Shown here: positions 1-9,200 of the stretch, one piece after another
Numbering within the stretch: position 1 is the first letter of the stretch
Layout: each line of letters opens with the position of its first letter
Origin: a virus
Lineage: Duplodnaviria > Caudoviricetes
Strand: one strand, 5' to 3'
DNA: 43,408 nt
IMG/VR virus record: IMGVR_UViG_3300048861_000250
Coordinates: 1 to 43,408 of that record
Made by a program: the position numbers and the translations under genes
The notes under the pieces: model-generated
What the model was told of the DNA's origin: nothing
The model's input: only the letters and a program-made list of their open reading frames with translations
The model's database searches: none

Positions 1-420
1 ATCTGCGCCTGTGGCCGCCGCGGCTGCTGGGAGACGGTCGCGACCATCGGCTGGCTGCGGCGCCAAGCGCGGGCCGCCGGCCTGATTGGGGCCGAGGAGA
101 TGACGCCTGCACTGCTGGCCGGGCAGGCCGATGCCGGCTCCGAGACGGCCGGGCGGCTGCTGGACTTATACGCGCGCAATATTGCCATCGGCATCGCCAA
201 CCTCCAGCAGACCCTGGCCCCCAACCATTTCGTGCTGCATGGCGAAGTGGTCGAGGCCGGGGAGCGGCTGCGGGCGGCGATCGAGGCGCATGTCGACCGC
301 TTGGTGCCGTCCCGCCCCGGCAGCGACCCGCATGTGCTGCTGACCGACCAGCGAGGCTTCGCCACGCTGCGCGGGGCGGCGGGCATCGTGCTGTCGCGCC
401 GACTGCAGTTCCAACTATAG
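1..420 (+). CDS. ROK-family transcriptional regulator/sugar kinase, 3' part (host gene, truncated by window edge)
   Basis: Frame 1 is open from base 1: ICACGRRGCWET matches the ROK Zn motif CxCGxxGCxE. C-terminal LAPNHFVLHG and ATLRGAAG are typical of ROK proteins. Stop TAG at 418-420. Confidence 0.85.
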   Translation: MCACGRRGCWETVATIGWLRRQARAAGLIGAEEMTPALLAGQADAGSETAGRLLDLYARNIAIGIANLQQTLAPNHFVLHGEVVEAGERLRAAIEAHVDRLVPSRPGSDPHVLLTDQRGFATLRGAAGIVLSRRLQFQL

Positions 421-616
421 CGGCCTGACAACCGATCTGGCGTTCCAGGACAGCAGCGGCCCATCTCGCCGCAAATCAGGTGCTTTAGTCGACTGGTAGA
501 CCCTGACGGGAAATGAGGGGCTGGGAGGCAAATCGTTCATCCCTGACCCAGCGCCAAAGACTGAATGGCACGCGCGCCGCCCTTCACTGGGACCATCCAA
601 GCGGCAATTTGGCGGC

Positions 617-656
617 AAAAACGACTTAGCCCGGCGCGAAGCCGGGCTAAGTCGTT
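617..656 (-). terminator. Intrinsic terminator of the original tRNA-Glu transcript
   Basis: Perfect 16-bp inverted repeat aacgacttagcccggc (620-635) / gccgggctaagtcgtt (641-656), followed by a T run on the minus strand, 8 nt past the tRNA CCA end. Confidence 0.8.
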
Positions 657-664
657 GAAATCAT

Positions 665-711
665 TGGCGACCCCTACGGGATTCGAACCCGTGTTACCGC
701 CGTGAAAGGGC
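665..711 (-). repeat. att site: 3' fragment of tRNA-Glu(TTC), from anticodon arm to CCA
   Basis: Minus strand reads GCCCTTTCACGGCGGTAACACGGGTTCGAATCCCGTAGGGGTCGCCA (anticodon loop CTTTCAC, T-loop GTTCGAATC, CCA). No D-arm or 5' acceptor strand upstream. Confidence 0.9.
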
Positions 712-802
712 CAAGCCTATTGAGCGATTACAATGGGTTAGGTCGATTTGAGGCAACACAGCGCGACGCTGCACCCCGCACAAAGCCTCATAGGGCGACA
801 TG

Positions 803-826
803 GTAGTGGTCCATCTGGACCACTAC
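803..826. promoter_or_regulatory. Perfect 24-bp palindrome, putative operator
   Basis: gtagtggtcca-tc-tggaccactac: 11-bp arms with a 2-nt spacer, immediately upstream of the LexA box. Confidence 0.5.
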
Positions 827-830
827 AGAT

Positions 831-845
831 GTTCCGGCTACGTTC
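831..845 (+). promoter_or_regulatory. Alphaproteobacterial LexA (SOS) box
   Basis: GTTC-cggctac-GTTC is an exact GTTC-N7-GTTC, 6 nt before the ATG at 852. Confidence 0.75.
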
Positions 846-851
846 ACGGTC

Positions 852-1088
852 ATGGCCATCACCATCGACACCATCGGCGCCTGCCTGCGGTACAACTACG
901 TCGTCAATGGCTTCTGCGGCTGCGGCCGTCAGAAGCCGGTCGACCTGCTGGCGATCGCCCTCGACCGCGGACTGGACTACCCGCTGTCGAAAGTCTGGCA
1001 CAACGTCAGGTGCAAGTGCGGCCGGCGCCCCAATCTGCAGCTGGGGCTGGAATGGGAGTCCGGCCGCGGCCATCTCCATGGCAACTAG
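852..1088 (+). CDS. Small Zn-ribbon-like protein (78 aa), probably SOS-inducible
   Basis: Two Cys pairs (FCGCG, RCKCG), protein-like composition, LexA box directly upstream. Confidence 0.7.
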   Translation: MAITIDTIGACLRYNYVVNGFCGCGRQKPVDLLAIALDRGLDYPLSKVWHNVRCKCGRRPNLQLGLEWESGRGHLHGN

Positions 1089-1097
1089 GAGGGCGCC

Positions 1098-1307
1098 ATG
1101 GCGAACGGTTTTGACGCGGCCGACTGGGCCGTGAAGTGGGACGGGTCCGAGGGGACCGTTGCCTGCCCGCCCTACAGCGCCCGGTTCAAGGTCTCTCGCA
1201 TCGGCGTCGTCCAGATGATCTGGAAGATTGGGCCGGAGCCGGGGCCCGACCATGGCCGGCTGGAACGCGCGGCGAAGGAAGCCGCCGACCACGCCGTCAA
1301 CGGATAG
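1098..1307 (+). CDS. Hypothetical protein (69 aa), second gene of the SOS moron
   Basis: Strong SD (GGAGGG) between the 1088 stop and the ATG; globular composition. Confidence 0.6.
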   Translation: MANGFDAADWAVKWDGSEGTVACPPYSARFKVSRIGVVQMIWKIGPEPGPDHGRLERAAKEAADHAVNG

Positions 1308-1696
1308 TGATTCGCCGCCCTCGCCTCGGCGGCCCTCATCTGCATCGGCGCGTCGCGAGTCACACCGACAGCCGAACCGCCAAATAGAAAGCCGCCCAGC
1401 ACGGCGAGCACCAGCGCGAAGGCGAACAGGGTGGCGATCGGGTGCGACTGCAGCGCGGCCCCGTCCTTCGGCTTGTTCGGGGTGAAGTAGACGGTCAGCC
1501 AGGTGATGCCGGCCGACACGCCGGCGGAGACCAGCGCCACCACCGCGTCCGCCACCAGCGACGCATCGGGCATCGCGACGATGCCGAGGAAGCGGGCCAG
1601 CAGGTACAGGACCAGGGTGGTGACGGCCATGGCGATCGAGCCGACATTCGCCTTGGCGGCGGTCTGCGGCAGGCCGGGCAACGGGGAGATGGGCAT
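1172..1696 (-). CDS. Putative holin (3 predicted TM segments)
   Basis: Three hydrophobic stretches, WLTVYFTPNK motif after TM2, SD AGAGGGA, directly downstream of the endolysin. Confidence 0.6.
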   Translation of the reverse strand: MPISPLPGLPQTAAKANVGSIAMAVTTLVLYLLARFLGIVAMPDASLVADAVVALVSAGVSAGITWLTVYFTPNKPKDGAALQSHPIATLFAFALVLAVLGGFLFGGSAVGVTRDAPMQMRAAEARAANHYPLTAWSAASFAARSSRPWSGPGSGPIFQIIWTTPMRETLNRAL

Positions 1697-1747
1697 GGGT
1701 GGTCCCTCTTGGAAAGGCCTCGCCGAGGCGGGGCGGGTTGAACGGGG

Positions 1748-2563
1748 TCAGGCCGCGCGGCGCGGCGGCGTGGGGGCCAGGGCCAGCAGCGCCGCCCGAG
1801 TCGCCTTGCCGGCGACGCCGTCGGCGGTCAGGCCGTGGTCGATCTGGAATCGGCGCAGGGCCGCGCGGGTCTTCGGTCCGTCCCAGCCGTCGACCACCAC
1901 GGCGTAACCCGCCAGACACAGCAGCGCCTGCACCTCGGCGACCGCCGGTCGGACGTCATCGTTCGCCGGCACCCGCGCCGCCTGCACCGCCTTGGCATAG
2001 GCTGCGACCAGCTTCGTGTCGTACTGGTTGCGGGCATAGCCGGGCCCGTTGTAGCCGGCCGCGAACTCCGCCCATCGGCGATCGTCCAGCTCATCCGCCA
2101 GGCCGGCCGACCGCACGAACTCGGCGAAGGCCCAGAGCTGCAGGTCTTCGCCGGCGCACATCGCCTCGACGAAGCCCTCGATCGTGCCGTACCCGGCATG
2201 CACGGCGTTGAAGCCCATGATCTGGCCGAGGCCCCATGAGGCCGAGCGCAGCGCCGAGTCGCGGTCGAGCTGGATTGCGCGGGCGAGCCGGTCGTATTCA
2301 ACGGCGCCGCCGCGGTAGCCGCCAGGCGATGGCCCGCTGATCTCGCGATCGGCCGCGTCCCAGCGGCCGGCCGTCAGCCGGTGGAAGACGTGCCGTTCGA
2401 ACAGGATCTTCGGCCGGCCGTCGGCGAGGAAGCCGGCGCCGCCGGCCTCGACCGACACCACCGCACGGACGACCGGCTCTTCGATGCCGTACCGGTCCGC
2501 GATCTGGGCATAGATGTCCGCCGAGCGCGGCAGCGCCGCACCCTTGAAGTCAACCGGGATCAT
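1748..2563 (-). CDS. Endolysin: N-acetylmuramidase (DUF3380-type) + C-terminal peptidoglycan-binding domain
   Basis: Motifs VEAGG, ILFERHVF, SASWGLGQIMGFN, YNGPGY..NQYDTKL; C-terminal DGWDGPKTRAALRRFQ..GLTADGVAG. Confidence 0.92.
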   Translation of the reverse strand: MIPVDFKGAALPRSADIYAQIADRYGIEEPVVRAVVSVEAGGAGFLADGRPKILFERHVFHRLTAGRWDAADREISGPSPGGYRGGAVEYDRLARAIQLDRDSALRSASWGLGQIMGFNAVHAGYGTIEGFVEAMCAGEDLQLWAFAEFVRSAGLADELDDRRWAEFAAGYNGPGYARNQYDTKLVAAYAKAVQAARVPANDDVRPAVAEVQALLCLAGYAVVVDGWDGPKTRAALRRFQIDHGLTADGVAGKATRAALLALAPTPPRRAA

Positions 2564-2567
2564 GGTG

Positions 2568-2876
2568 TCAGTCCGTCGTCAGAGGGATGTTGCCGGGCAC
2601 GACCTGATTCGCCGTCACCCAGTCGTTCAGCTTCTTCAGCCTGTAGGCGCATTCCGCCCGCGCCTTCTCGGTCCGGCCCTGCGCGGCGCTGACCTCGCGG
2701 GCCCACTCGACCACCTGTTCCACCGTCCGGGGCGGCGCCGGCGCAGGCGGCACGTCCGACCCCTTCGGACAGGTCCGGAGGATGCTGGGCACGTCGAGCG
2801 TGGCGAGCTCAGGCGCCGGCATCGGATCGCCCCCGCAGCCGGACAGCAGCAGGATCAGCAGCAGCGCCCGCATCAT
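2568..2876 (-). CDS. Lipoprotein, putative o-spanin (Rz1-like)
   Basis: Lipobox LLLSGC, Pro-rich mature part, two extra Cys, ATGA-coupled to the upstream TM/coiled-coil gene. Confidence 0.65.
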   Translation of the reverse strand: MMRALLLILLLSGCGGDPMPAPELATLDVPSILRTCPKGSDVPPAPAPPRTVEQVVEWAREVSAAQGRTEKARAECAYRLKKLNDWVTANQVVPGNIPLTTD

Positions 2877-3298
2877 CGCGACCGCCTTGCCGGGGGGTCG
2901 CCCGGCAGCCGGGTCGAGGACGCCCGGTCGATGCTTTCGACGGTCGAGGCGACGACCGCCAGCGTGCGCCGCACCTCCTCGAGCACGCTGGTGTTCGCAT
3001 CCATCTTCCCGGCCAGCGTGCTTTGGTCCTGCTGTATCCGCTTGATGTCGCCGCCCTGCTGCAGGTCGCTGCGTTCCAGGGTGCCGAGTCGGCTTTGCAC
3101 GTCGACACGGAACTCGTCATAGGCCTTCTTCGCCTCGGCCACGGCGCCGCGGTCCTGCGTCTGCTGGACCACGATGCTGCTGATCTCTCCCCGCAGCGCC
3201 ATATAGGCACCGCCCCAGGACGCTCCGGCGACCAGCAGCAGGCCGAGCACGAACATGGGCACCCGAACCGGCCGGCTCGGCGATACGTCAAGGGTCAT
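2873..3298 (-). CDS. Single-TM coiled-coil protein, putative i-spanin (or holin-like)
   Basis: N-terminal TM (MFVLGLLLVAGASWGGAYM), then a heptad-rich helix; SD GGAGG; first gene of the lysis cassette. Confidence 0.5.
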   Translation of the reverse strand: MTLDVSPSRPVRVPMFVLGLLLVAGASWGGAYMALRGEISSIVVQQTQDRGAVAEAKKAYDEFRVDVQSRLGTLERSDLQQGGDIKRIQQDQSTLAGKMDANTSVLEEVRRTLAVVASTVESIDRASSTRLPGDPPARRSR

Positions 3299-3321
3299 CC
3301 CCTCCCCCTCTGTCGGGTATG

Positions 3322-3342
3322 AAAAAGCCGCCCTCAGGCGGC
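3322..3342 (-). terminator. Intrinsic terminator between tailspike and lysis cassette
   Basis: Minus strand gccgcc-tgag-ggcggc-ttttt. Confidence 0.6.
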
Positions 3343-3368
3343 GGCAACGAACGTCGTTCGGCGAGAGG

Positions 3369-6257
3369 TCAGGTCAGCCGGTGCGCGGTGACCGGGACGA
3401 ACGTGCCCATCGCCGCCGCGCCGCCCGTCAGGGTGCCGGTGCCGAAGGACAGGGCGGCCGACGCCTCGGTAGTGACGATGTCGTTGCCGCCGGTCCCGGC
3501 CGTCTTGGCGATCACCTTCACGTTGCCGGCCGCCGGCAGCGCGGTGACGGTCGGATGCACCGACGTCCCGGCGCCGTAGCCGGTGGTGATCAGCAGCGGG
3601 TCGGCCATGATGGCGCCGATCAGGTTGTTCCGCGTCACCATCGAGCTGCCACCGATCTTGATCGAGTTGGCGCCGCTGAGCGTGGTGTTGAAGGTGTACG
3701 TCACGGCATCGATCGTCACCGTGTCGCCGTTCGCCGGGTTGGTCGAGAAGGTCAGGAGGCCGGTGGCCAGGCCGTCGCCCGTCTTCACCACCGAACCGGC
3801 GTCCCGTTCGGTGGTGACGTTGGTGTAGCGGATGATGTTCTTCGTGGCGTCGCGGGGCTGTGGCACGCCTGAGACCGTGAGCGCCTGCGCCGCGACCTCC
3901 AGCTCCTTGCCGCCAGCCGCGGGCATGCCGATGTGCCCGTTGGTCAGATCGATCTCGGCCAGGGCCATGCCGTCGGTGCCGATAAGCCGCACGCCCGTGG
4001 TCCCAAGGCCCTGCGGATCGAACTTGAAGCCATTGACCCTCGCGCGCTGCGTCCGCCCAACCGCTGGCGACGAGGGCACGCCGAGCAAAGCAAACTGCTC
4101 GGTCCCGCACCGCTCGATCGTGATCCCGGTGACATTGACCTCGTCGTCGCTGGTGACGACGCCGCATTTCCAGCAGTCGTGAATCTTGACGTTCTTCAGG
4201 TTCAAGATGCTGCGGCGGTTCGATGTATCGAAGGGCGGGCTATCGGGGTCGGGGATGTGATCGGATATGGCATCGCCGCCGCTGGCGCCGGCCTGCGACC
4301 CGGTATGCGAAATCTCGAAATCCTCCACCGTGGTGATCAGGGTCGACCCGTTCTGGAAGGGTTCGTCGATCCGCATGGAGCGGCCGATCCCGTCGCCGTC
4401 GCTATATTTGGAGTGACCGCCGCCGCGGATAACATACTGACCGTTCTCGACCTGGATGTTCGGAGCGTTGTAACCGCCCCATTCGAACACGCAGCCGGTG
4501 ATGGTCCCGAACCCGGCCCCGCCAGCGAACAGCGGCCCGGCCGACCAGCGCAGGGTGATGTTGTTGAGGTTGACCTGCGGCGATCCGATGACGCTGATGA
4601 CGCTGACTGTCCGCGCCACGACCAGGCTATAGCCCCCGGTCGGGTAGGCAGACGGGTCGGCGCTGGGCATCCCATCCGGCAGCCGCAGGTACAGCAGGCC
4701 GCCACTGTTGGCGATGGCGCCGTTGGTCTTCCCGACCATGTCGAGACCGCCGTTGGTAGTCTGCATCGATTCCAGGCAGGTGTTCGGGAAATTGTACCAA
4801 GGCCTCGGGTTCCAGGACCGGCCGAAGATGAAGACCTGGTTGGCGTGCGATACCGTGTCGGGGCCGTGCTTGGTCGGCGTGGTCGAGACCTTCCCGCCCG
4901 TGCCCGAGACGACAGTCCAGACCGGCACCTCGCCGAAGTTGAAGCCGTTCAGCACGGTGTTGCCGCCCGGCAGGCCGTTGATGGTCCACAGCGGCGACAG
5001 GGTCTCCTTGCATTCCAGATATTCATAGAGGTTGTCGGTCAGGCAGTTGATCGTCACCGGCTGGCCGATCAGGCCGTTCGCGATGATGGCGCCCGGGATG
5101 TCGGTCAGCGACTTCAGCGGCGAGCCGCGCGACCCGGTGCCGGAGGAGGAGACGCCGGAGTGCACGAACAGCGTGTTGCCGCTCGCCGTCCGGATGTCGA
5201 CCTCTTCGATGAAGACGGTCTGGCCGGCGGACAGGACGACGCCGACCATCAGGGCGCTGTTGGTGGCGGCCGGGCCGACGACGACGTCCGCGCCGAACTG
5301 CCGTCCATCGTGGAAGTTCTTCACCAGGAGAGAGAAGTCGGCCAGCACCTCGACCAGAAGGCCGAGATCGGTCCCGATCGCGAAGGCCGGGGCGGCGAAC
5401 GCCGGGGTGACCGCCCTGGTGCCGTCGCTCGCCGTCGCGTTGGCCAGCGAGGGGACCAGCAGGCCGCCGCGGCGGACCACCGGCTGCGCGTTCGTCGAGA
5501 TGTTGCCGGAGGTCGCCGTGTCGTTGCCGACGAAGAAGCCGTTCGACGGGCCCAACGTGCCGCCGGTGAACTTCGCCCGGAAGTAGTAGAGCCGGCCGGG
5601 GATCACCGCCTGCTTCAGCCGAACCGCTATGGGCTGCGCCCCCGGCATGGCGCCGAGGCCGACCAGCGTGAGGCCGCCGGGGCTCGGGGTCACCGTGAGC
5701 CGCGTGGCAATGTTGGTGAGCGACGCCAGCCAAGCCACCTCATAGCTGGTCGTGTCCATCCAGGCCACCGGCCGCAGCGCGCCGGTCGCCTTGTAGATGC
5801 CATCGACCGCCGCGGCCGCGTTGGCGACCTGCGGCTTCATCGTGGCGACGTCCGCCCGCAGCGCGCTGACCTGGTCGGCCGACTTTTCCCAATGATCGCC
5901 GGCGACGGCCGGATCATAGCGCCAGGCGCCGTTGATCGACCCGTTGACGTCGGCCGGATCGTTCGTCACCACGCGCATGGTTCCGGTCGGCGGCGCCGTC
6001 GGCGCGGCCGAGACCATCGCCGCCTTGGTCGGATAGCCGAGCTGGCCGCCCGACGCCGCCGCCAGCACCAGGTCGGCCAGCCATTGGGACAGCAGCTTCA
6101 CCGTGCCGTCCGGCAGCGCCACCAGCATCCCGGCGCCGAGCTGCAGCCCGGCGTTCGCGATCGACAACAGCCGCGGCTGGCCGCCGTCGCCGATCACCAC
6201 GTACAGCTCCGCCGCCACCGTCTCCGGCTTGTCTTCCAGGCGAACCCCAGCCGTCAT
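3369..6257 (-). CDS. Tailspike / tail fibre with right-handed beta-helix (putative depolymerase)
   Basis: N-terminal YPTKAAM..VTNDP..NGAW module, LFVHSG..GTGSRGSPLKSL beta-helix cap, repeats such as NLNNITL, TITGCVF, NLKNVKIHDC; last tail gene. Confidence 0.8.
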   Translation of the reverse strand: MTAGVRLEDKPETVAAELYVVIGDGGQPRLLSIANAGLQLGAGMLVALPDGTVKLLSQWLADLVLAAASGGQLGYPTKAAMVSAAPTAPPTGTMRVVTNDPADVNGSINGAWRYDPAVAGDHWEKSADQVSALRADVATMKPQVANAAAAVDGIYKATGALRPVAWMDTTSYEVAWLASLTNIATRLTVTPSPGGLTLVGLGAMPGAQPIAVRLKQAVIPGRLYYFRAKFTGGTLGPSNGFFVGNDTATSGNISTNAQPVVRRGGLLVPSLANATASDGTRAVTPAFAAPAFAIGTDLGLLVEVLADFSLLVKNFHDGRQFGADVVVGPAATNSALMVGVVLSAGQTVFIEEVDIRTASGNTLFVHSGVSSSGTGSRGSPLKSLTDIPGAIIANGLIGQPVTINCLTDNLYEYLECKETLSPLWTINGLPGGNTVLNGFNFGEVPVWTVVSGTGGKVSTTPTKHGPDTVSHANQVFIFGRSWNPRPWYNFPNTCLESMQTTNGGLDMVGKTNGAIANSGGLLYLRLPDGMPSADPSAYPTGGYSLVVARTVSVISVIGSPQVNLNNITLRWSAGPLFAGGAGFGTITGCVFEWGGYNAPNIQVENGQYVIRGGGHSKYSDGDGIGRSMRIDEPFQNGSTLITTVEDFEISHTGSQAGASGGDAISDHIPDPDSPPFDTSNRRSILNLKNVKIHDCWKCGVVTSDDEVNVTGITIERCGTEQFALLGVPSSPAVGRTQRARVNGFKFDPQGLGTTGVRLIGTDGMALAEIDLTNGHIGMPAAGGKELEVAAQALTVSGVPQPRDATKNIIRYTNVTTERDAGSVVKTGDGLATGLLTFSTNPANGDTVTIDAVTYTFNTTLSGANSIKIGGSSMVTRNNLIGAIMADPLLITTGYGAGTSVHPTVTALPAAGNVKVIAKTAGTGGNDIVTTEASAALSFGTGTLTGGAAAMGTFVPVTAHRLT

Positions 6258-6275
6258 AACCGCTTCCCCTCGTTT

Positions 6276-9200
6276 CTACAGCGTCGCCCAGCCCGACTTG
6301 GACTGGATGGCCGCATTGGCGGGCTTCACCGGCGCCCATTTGATCTGTTCGATGATCCCGCTGAAGCCTGTCGGCACCAGCTTCAGGACCGGCGCCGAGG
6401 TGCTGGGCACCGTGCCGCTGGCGTCGGTCACCGGCGCGGTGCCGTCGACCGCCAGGGCGAAGTCATTCGCCGCCCAGCCGTAGACGACCGTGCGAGTTGT
6501 GGTCATCCCGATGGTCTTCAGCGGCGCCGCCTGGCTGGTGACATTCGTCGTGCCGCCGAGGATGCCGACCGAGGTGGTGGCCTGCAGCGCATGCGAGTGC
6601 GTGGCGTCCGGCGTTTCGAACCGCAGCGGCACGCCGTTCGAAATGACGCCAGACGCTACTGACCCGCGGAAGCCGACGAACCCCTGCGTCCCGTCGAAGT
6701 CGGTCGAGAGGGTGCGGGTGATGACCGGGGCGGCGCGCGTGGCCAGCGCCGCGTTGACCACGATCGGCGCGCTGCAATAGGTCGTGCTGTTTTCGAGCTG
6801 GTTGAGGATGAACCAGATCACCGCCCCGGCCGGGGCGACGATGCGCATCTGTTCCGATGTCGCCGCCGCGGTGCGCTGGCCATTGACACGGACATAGGGC
6901 GTCGAGGCGCCGAAGCTGACCACCGCAACGCCGCCGACCTCGACCCGGCCGGCGCTGCCGCGATAGACGACCGAGGCGTTGCAGGCGCCGGTCGCCGACA
7001 CCGGGCCGCTGATGGTCGCCGTGGCGTCGGCGACGCCGGTGCTGTTGTCCAGCTTGTAGACGAAGCCGGTCAGCAGCCCGCTCATCTTCAGCGCCGCCAG
7101 GATGCTGGCGCCGACCATCGTCGCGCTGTCGTCGACCACCGTGACGCCGCCGGCGGTGCCTGCGCCGCTGGCCGTGACCCCGGTCAGGTCGATCGGGGCG
7201 GCATTGCGGTTCGTGCACCGGTTGGTCCGGCTCTCCCACAGCTCGAGGCCACGGTCGCAGACCGGCAGATCGTTCGCCAGGATGGACCGGAGCGACCCGT
7301 CGGCGTTGGTCGAGATCTGGGGCGAGGTCACCACAGTGTTGAAGATGGCGGTCGGATTCGCTGCAGCGCCCAGCAGCCAGCCGCGGCTGTTCTTGAAGTC
7401 GACATGGCCGGAGGCATCCGGGTCGTTCCACTGCACCACCAGCACGATCGGGTTCGACGGCCCCGAATTCGCGCCGGCAGCCGTCTGCGTCGCGATGATG
7501 ATCCGCGGCCCGGCGGCGAGGCCGGCCAGTTGCACCGACCAGGCGCCGGCAGCGTCGGCCGTCGTGGTCCCCATCTGGGTTCCGTCGACGAACACCTTGA
7601 TCGCCGCCAGCGGCTCGGCGCTGCCGGCGGTGCCGAAGATCAAGGGGTTCGTGTTGCCGATCGGGCCGGGCAAGGTGTCGACCCGCGGCGCCGGCACTGT
7701 GACCCCGGGGCCGAGAGTCGCCGTGATCAGCTTCGGCACGGCGCTGACCAGCCCGCTCCAGTTCTTGTAGACCAGGCCGAAGGTGTAAGTGCCGCCCGGA
7801 CCCGGTTCCGGCGTCTCCCACGGCGAGTTGGGCCGGGGGCCGCTGAACAGAGGGTTCAGGTCCGCGAAGGTCCACAGCGGGTTCGTGCCGGTGCGGTAGC
7901 GGATTTCCACGCCCGCCAGGTCGGCCGGCATCCCGGACCCGTCGGGGTCGGCGGCGGTCCATGAGAACTGCCGCAGGCCGTTCGCCAGGCGGACGACGGC
8001 GAAGGTCGCCGGGTCCGGCGGCCGATGCGTGCGGGCGGCGACCGTATGGGTGACCGGCGGCGTCGACCGGCGGCTGGACTTCCCTGCCGAGCTGACCGCC
8101 TGCACCTGCAGCTCAATCGTCTCGCCGGGTTCGTAGCCGAGGATACGCACCGAACCCTGCGCCGCCGCGGCGCTGGCGGTCAGCCAGGGCGCGGTGCTGC
8201 CGAACGGCCGGTGAAACACGACGAACATCGCAGCGGCCACCCGGCCGCCGCCGCCGGGGGCGATGCCGACCGTCACCGGCGCCAGGATCGTGCCGTCCTC
8301 GCCGATGGTCTGCGCCGCATCGCCGGAGCTGACGGCGATGATCGTCGGCACGGCCGGCACATCCTGGTCGCGCTGCGGCTGCCGCGGCACCCAGGGAGGC
8401 GGCGTCAAGGCCTCGACCGCGTGCCGCTCCGGCGCTTCGTCGATCATGGTCACCCGGGCGGTCAGCTTCTCCTGCGGTTCGATGCCCTTGACGATCAGGC
8501 GGCGGACCTCCTTGTCCGCCTCGCCGAACAGGAACAGGTCGCCCGGCTCCGGCAGCGGGCCGATGCCGCCCAGCCGCACCGCCGTGGTGGTGCCGGGGAT
8601 GGTCACCACCGGCCGCAGCACCGACGCCCCGGTGTCGCCTTCGCGGCAGCGCAGCACATAGCTGCGTCCGGCGACCATGGTGACCTCGTCGTCGAGAACG
8701 ACCGTGGTCAGCGTGCCGGTGGTGCTGACGCTCTTCACCAGGCCCTGCACCAGGCCGACGCCCAGCACCGGATGCGCCCCGACCGTCAGGTTGCCGCGCC
8801 GCGCCGTCAGGTACTCCCAATCGACATTGGTCGAATGGGCCAGGAACTGCGTCCGCAGGGTGACGAAGGCCTTCTTGGCTTCCTTCCACACCCGGCCCGC
8901 ATCGGTGACGCCGGGGAACTGGATCTCCTGATACAGCGTCGCATTGGCTTCGCTGTAGCCTTCGTCATAGACGATGCGCTCCGCGTTGACGTCCCAATCG
9001 GCGTCGCGGTCGACGAAGCGGCAGCGGTACGCGTGCGGCACTTCACCGGAAGCCCATTCGGTGGTGAAGCCCCAGCTGTTCCGGGCGGTGAAGTGCTGCC
9101 GGATCTCGGTCTGCGGCCGATCGATCACCACCGACCATCGGCCGTCGGGCATCGCCCAGGACGCATGGCCGGCGGCGGCGATGTCGCCCAGGGTCGAGGG

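Noticed and set aside
665-740. Complete tRNA-Glu gene
   Set aside because: Sequence 5' of the anticodon stem has no D-arm or acceptor strand; it is only the att fragment.
713-793. aagcct-containing repeats near att as integrase arm sites
   Set aside because: Too short and degenerate to support without the other att arm.
3933-6662. 909-aa plus-strand ORF
   Set aside because: Antisense shadow of the tailspike in high-GC DNA; no motifs, Arg/Gly-biased.
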